Source: an uncultured virus (IMG/VR IMGVR_UViG_3300022602_000071) (Duplodnaviria; Heunggongvirae; Uroviricota; Caudoviricetes). Taken from it: a stretch of DNA of 20,000 nt. The stretch lies in IMG/VR virus record IMGVR_UViG_3300022602_000071; one strand, given 5' to 3'. Shown in pieces: positions 18,110 through 20,000 of the stretch (positions are counted from its first letter, which is position 1; each line of letters starts with the position of its first letter). The position numbers were made by a program, and so were the translations under genes. The notes beneath the pieces were generated by a model, which saw only the letters and a program-made list of their open reading frames with translations, ran no database searches and was not told the origin of the DNA.

Positions 18110-18403
18110 ATGAACTATACAAAACTATTCTTTATACTAGCACTTGCAGCCCAAGTGGCAGCGTGTGGAGGTGGTGATCAACCACAGGCAAATCAACGAA
18201 TCACGGCATGTGACAGTGGTGTGGTTGCAGTAATGGCTACTATGGCAGCTCCTGACCTAATGGGCATGGGAGAACCAGACACTACTACATACACAACAAG
18301 TGGGCAGAACCATGTGTTGATCTACGAATTCGTATTGGCTCGAACCACATACGAATTTGAGTACAACGCCAACTACTGTAGCTTGACCGTGACAACTCAT
18401 TAA
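18110..18403 (+). CDS. Putative lipoprotein
   Basis: 97 aa; MNYTKLFFILALAAQVAA-CGGG has a hydrophobic signal and lipobox VAAC; TATACT at 18098-18103. Confidence 0.7.
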   Translation: MNYTKLFFILALAAQVAACGGGDQPQANQRITACDSGVVAVMATMAAPDLMGMGEPDTTTYTTSGQNHVLIYEFVLARTTYEFEYNANYCSLTVTTH

Positions 18404-18552
18404 AGCTGCTGGCAGAAAAGGCACCTGCAGTATTGAAATTTCTGTGCGCAAAAAAAATTTGGCAAGTACTTGGAGATTTCCCCAAATAATTTTTGGGTTG
18501 GGATTTTGGTGTATGCGTGTATTATATAACTGGAAAGCGCTGTAAATATTCA

Positions 18553-18738
18553 ATGACCAAGACAGAATTAACGCTATGGCGACAGGCACAGTATCTAGCA
18601 TGGCGGGATTTGGCCTGCGATGAATCTAGATGGCCTGCGAATACTTATACGGCGGTCACTGTTAACTACTATACAAGACTGTTGAAAGAACACTGGCGGA
18701 TTCCAGCAGAAAAAGGTCAAACTGTAGGGAAAAAATAG
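18553..18738 (+). CDS. Small hypothetical protein (61 aa)
   Basis: In-frame ATG within track ORF 18493..18738, located 4 nt after TAAATA (18543-18548). Confidence 0.5.
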   Translation: MTKTELTLWRQAQYLAWRDLACDESRWPANTYTAVTVNYYTRLLKEHWRIPAEKGQTVGKK

Positions 18739-18889
18739 CCCGCGTAAAAAATTATAAAGAAGTACTTGAACTTTTTCGAGGTGGTTTTTACTTCGGTACC
18801 CATGCGCTGTTGCGCTATAGCAACAGTTTGCAAATATGCATGTCTCCCACTCCAGCCATTTCTTTTTTCATTAGACCGACCTCTCGACC

Positions 18890-18940
18890 AAAAAAAATCC
18901 TCTCACAACCGGGAGCGAATCGGATTTATGTGAGAGGATT
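18890..18940 (-). terminator. Terminator for the - strand transcript (12-bp stem plus T-tract)
   Basis: AATCCTCTCACA (18896-18907) and TGTGAGAGGATT (18929-18940) form a perfect inverted repeat; the A-run 18890-18897 is a U-tract on the - strand. Confidence 0.75.
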
Positions 18941-18992
18941 AGACTGTAGGAGCTGTCCCTCCTACTGGAGACTGGTTACCGGGAGCGAATCG
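18908..18992. repeat. 15-bp direct repeat ACCGGGAGCGAATCG, two copies
   Basis: Exact copies at 18908-18922 and 18978-18992, each enclosed by a different stem. Confidence 0.9.
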
Positions 18993-19018
18993 TTGGCCAG
19001 ACTGCTATGCAACAGCTC

Positions 19019-19900
19019 TTAGCGGCTGTTACGCATACAGGTCATGTCAGCTACAGCACGCCACTTGTCTGGGAAGCTGGCAGCTAAGTCCGCTATCTTA
19101 AGCACAGTACGCAGGCTCAGCTCGCGTAGTCTAGCAGTGTTATCAGTAACGAAGTTGACAACATCCGTCTTCTGCGCATCAGAGAGCTCATAGTGATCCA
19201 GCATGCCACACTCAGTTACTACCTGTCTAATGCGCAGGACCTTCTCACGCTCTGTGTCGATAGTAAGGTCCAAGTAGTGACAGCGTGACTCTAGTGCTTC
19301 CAAGTGATCACGCAACTTCTTGCTCTTCACGTGATCGAACTTGATATTGGTAATAAAGATAGCGCCGCCTTTGAACTCAAATGAGTCGGGCACGCCTTCT
19401 CTGCGCAACAATGAACTATCAGTGTTCCAGTGGATCATACGCTTGGCACTGGTGTCTAGTGCCGCTTTGAGAATGTTAAGACTCAAGTCATCCAGCAGGA
19501 TTGAATCACAGTCATCAAACACTAGAACATTCTTACGATCACTGTAGTGATAGAGCTTGCTGTATAGTCCAATGGCACTCATTGCGCCTTTGACCACTTC
19601 GTACTTCTTCAGCTTCTCGTCATTGGCCACTGTGGCGAACACATCATGCTTGCTGAGTACTTTCTCAACGCCAAAGCTCTTGCCAACACCTGGAGGGCCT
19701 GTTACGATCATAGCTTTGACTCGGCCGCCTTTCACAGCGCGGGTCATGTCATCTAAGATCTCAAAGCGATCGCGTAATCGATCCAGGATCTCGTCATCTG
19801 TCTCTGTAAGTATCTTGTTGACCTGTTCTACTTCGAGACTCTTTGTTGTGGGTTCTGATTGCAGTGCCATAAGCATTTTACTTGTAATTACTTTCGCCAT
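19019..19900 (-). CDS. Phage P-loop (AAA+-type) ATPase
   Basis: 293 aa; Walker A GPPGVGKS, Walker B VLVFDDCD, sensor IFITN, Arg finger ALESRC; SD AAGGAG. Confidence 0.88.
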   Translation of the reverse strand: MAKVITSKMLMALQSEPTTKSLEVEQVNKILTETDDEILDRLRDRFEILDDMTRAVKGGRVKAMIVTGPPGVGKSFGVEKVLSKHDVFATVANDEKLKKYEVVKGAMSAIGLYSKLYHYSDRKNVLVFDDCDSILLDDLSLNILKAALDTSAKRMIHWNTDSSLLRREGVPDSFEFKGGAIFITNIKFDHVKSKKLRDHLEALESRCHYLDLTIDTEREKVLRIRQVVTECGMLDHYELSDAQKTDVVNFVTDNTARLRELSLRTVLKIADLAASFPDKWRAVADMTCMRNSR

Positions 19901-19927
19901 TGTCGCTCCTTTGTATTTAAAGATTTA

Positions 19928-19956
19928 ATTATAACAGGGATTTGACTCCCTGTCAT
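19928..19956 (-). promoter_or_regulatory. Sigma70-type promoter with an inverted repeat over the spacer
   Basis: On the - strand: ATGACA, 17 bp, TG-T-TATAAT; ACAGGGA-N6-TCCCTGT at 19934-19953. Confidence 0.65.
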
Positions 19957-19962
19957 TCTCTA

Positions 19963-20000
19963 TTAGTCCAATCTACTGCCTGCATAAGCCTTCAAGCCCA
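19963..20000 (-). CDS. C-terminal end of an upstream gene (truncated by the window)
   Basis: The - strand reads ...GLKAYAGSRLD* with TAA at 19965-19963; only about 12 codons are visible. Confidence 0.45.
   Translation of the reverse strand, partial: GLKAYAGSRLD

Noticed and set aside
18257..18601. 114-aa - strand ORF with a hydrophobic N-terminus
   Set aside because: It overlaps the lipoprotein gene and the TAAATA-led ORF on the + strand and runs through the A-tract motif; no RBS seen.
18908..18992. Possible mini-CRISPR array
   Set aside because: Only two 15-bp copies 55 nt apart, with no cas genes; better explained as loops of a structured RNA.
16800..19018. tRNA genes in the structured intergenic regions
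   Set aside because: No cloverleaf with a T-loop GTTCRA and matching acceptor stem could be built.
18810..19022. 70-aa + strand ORF
   Set aside because: Non-ATG start with no SD, and it spans the terminator and hairpin array.

Overview
Segment of a large T4-like (Tevenvirinae-related or jumbo) dsDNA bacteriophage genome, AT-rich over most of its length. 1-1293 holds two Ala/Pro-rich probable virion proteins, one with a peptidoglycan-binding domain. 1438-15189 is a + strand replication/recombination cluster: gp32-like SSB, UvsX/RecA, UvsY-like protein, UvsW helicase, 2OG-Fe(II) oxygenase, gp62-like clamp-loader subunit, Zn-finger protein, a very short (190 aa) DnaE/Pol III alpha-like protein, primase, an N-domain-only carbamoyltransferase with a coupled 37-aa peptide, and a gp41/DnaB helicase. 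15229-18800 is an accessory region of small genes, many behind T4-late-type TAAATA boxes. The window ends with a strand switch to a more GC-rich - strand AAA ATPase gene. Most notable are the minimal C-family polymerase module, apparent leaderless transcription from two promoter classes, a multi-hairpin RNA with a repeated loop motif complementary to the adjacent gene's RBS, and a repeated GCG-A-tract-AAGTACTT motif at the strand switch. All protein calls come from motif recognition by eye; no searches were run.
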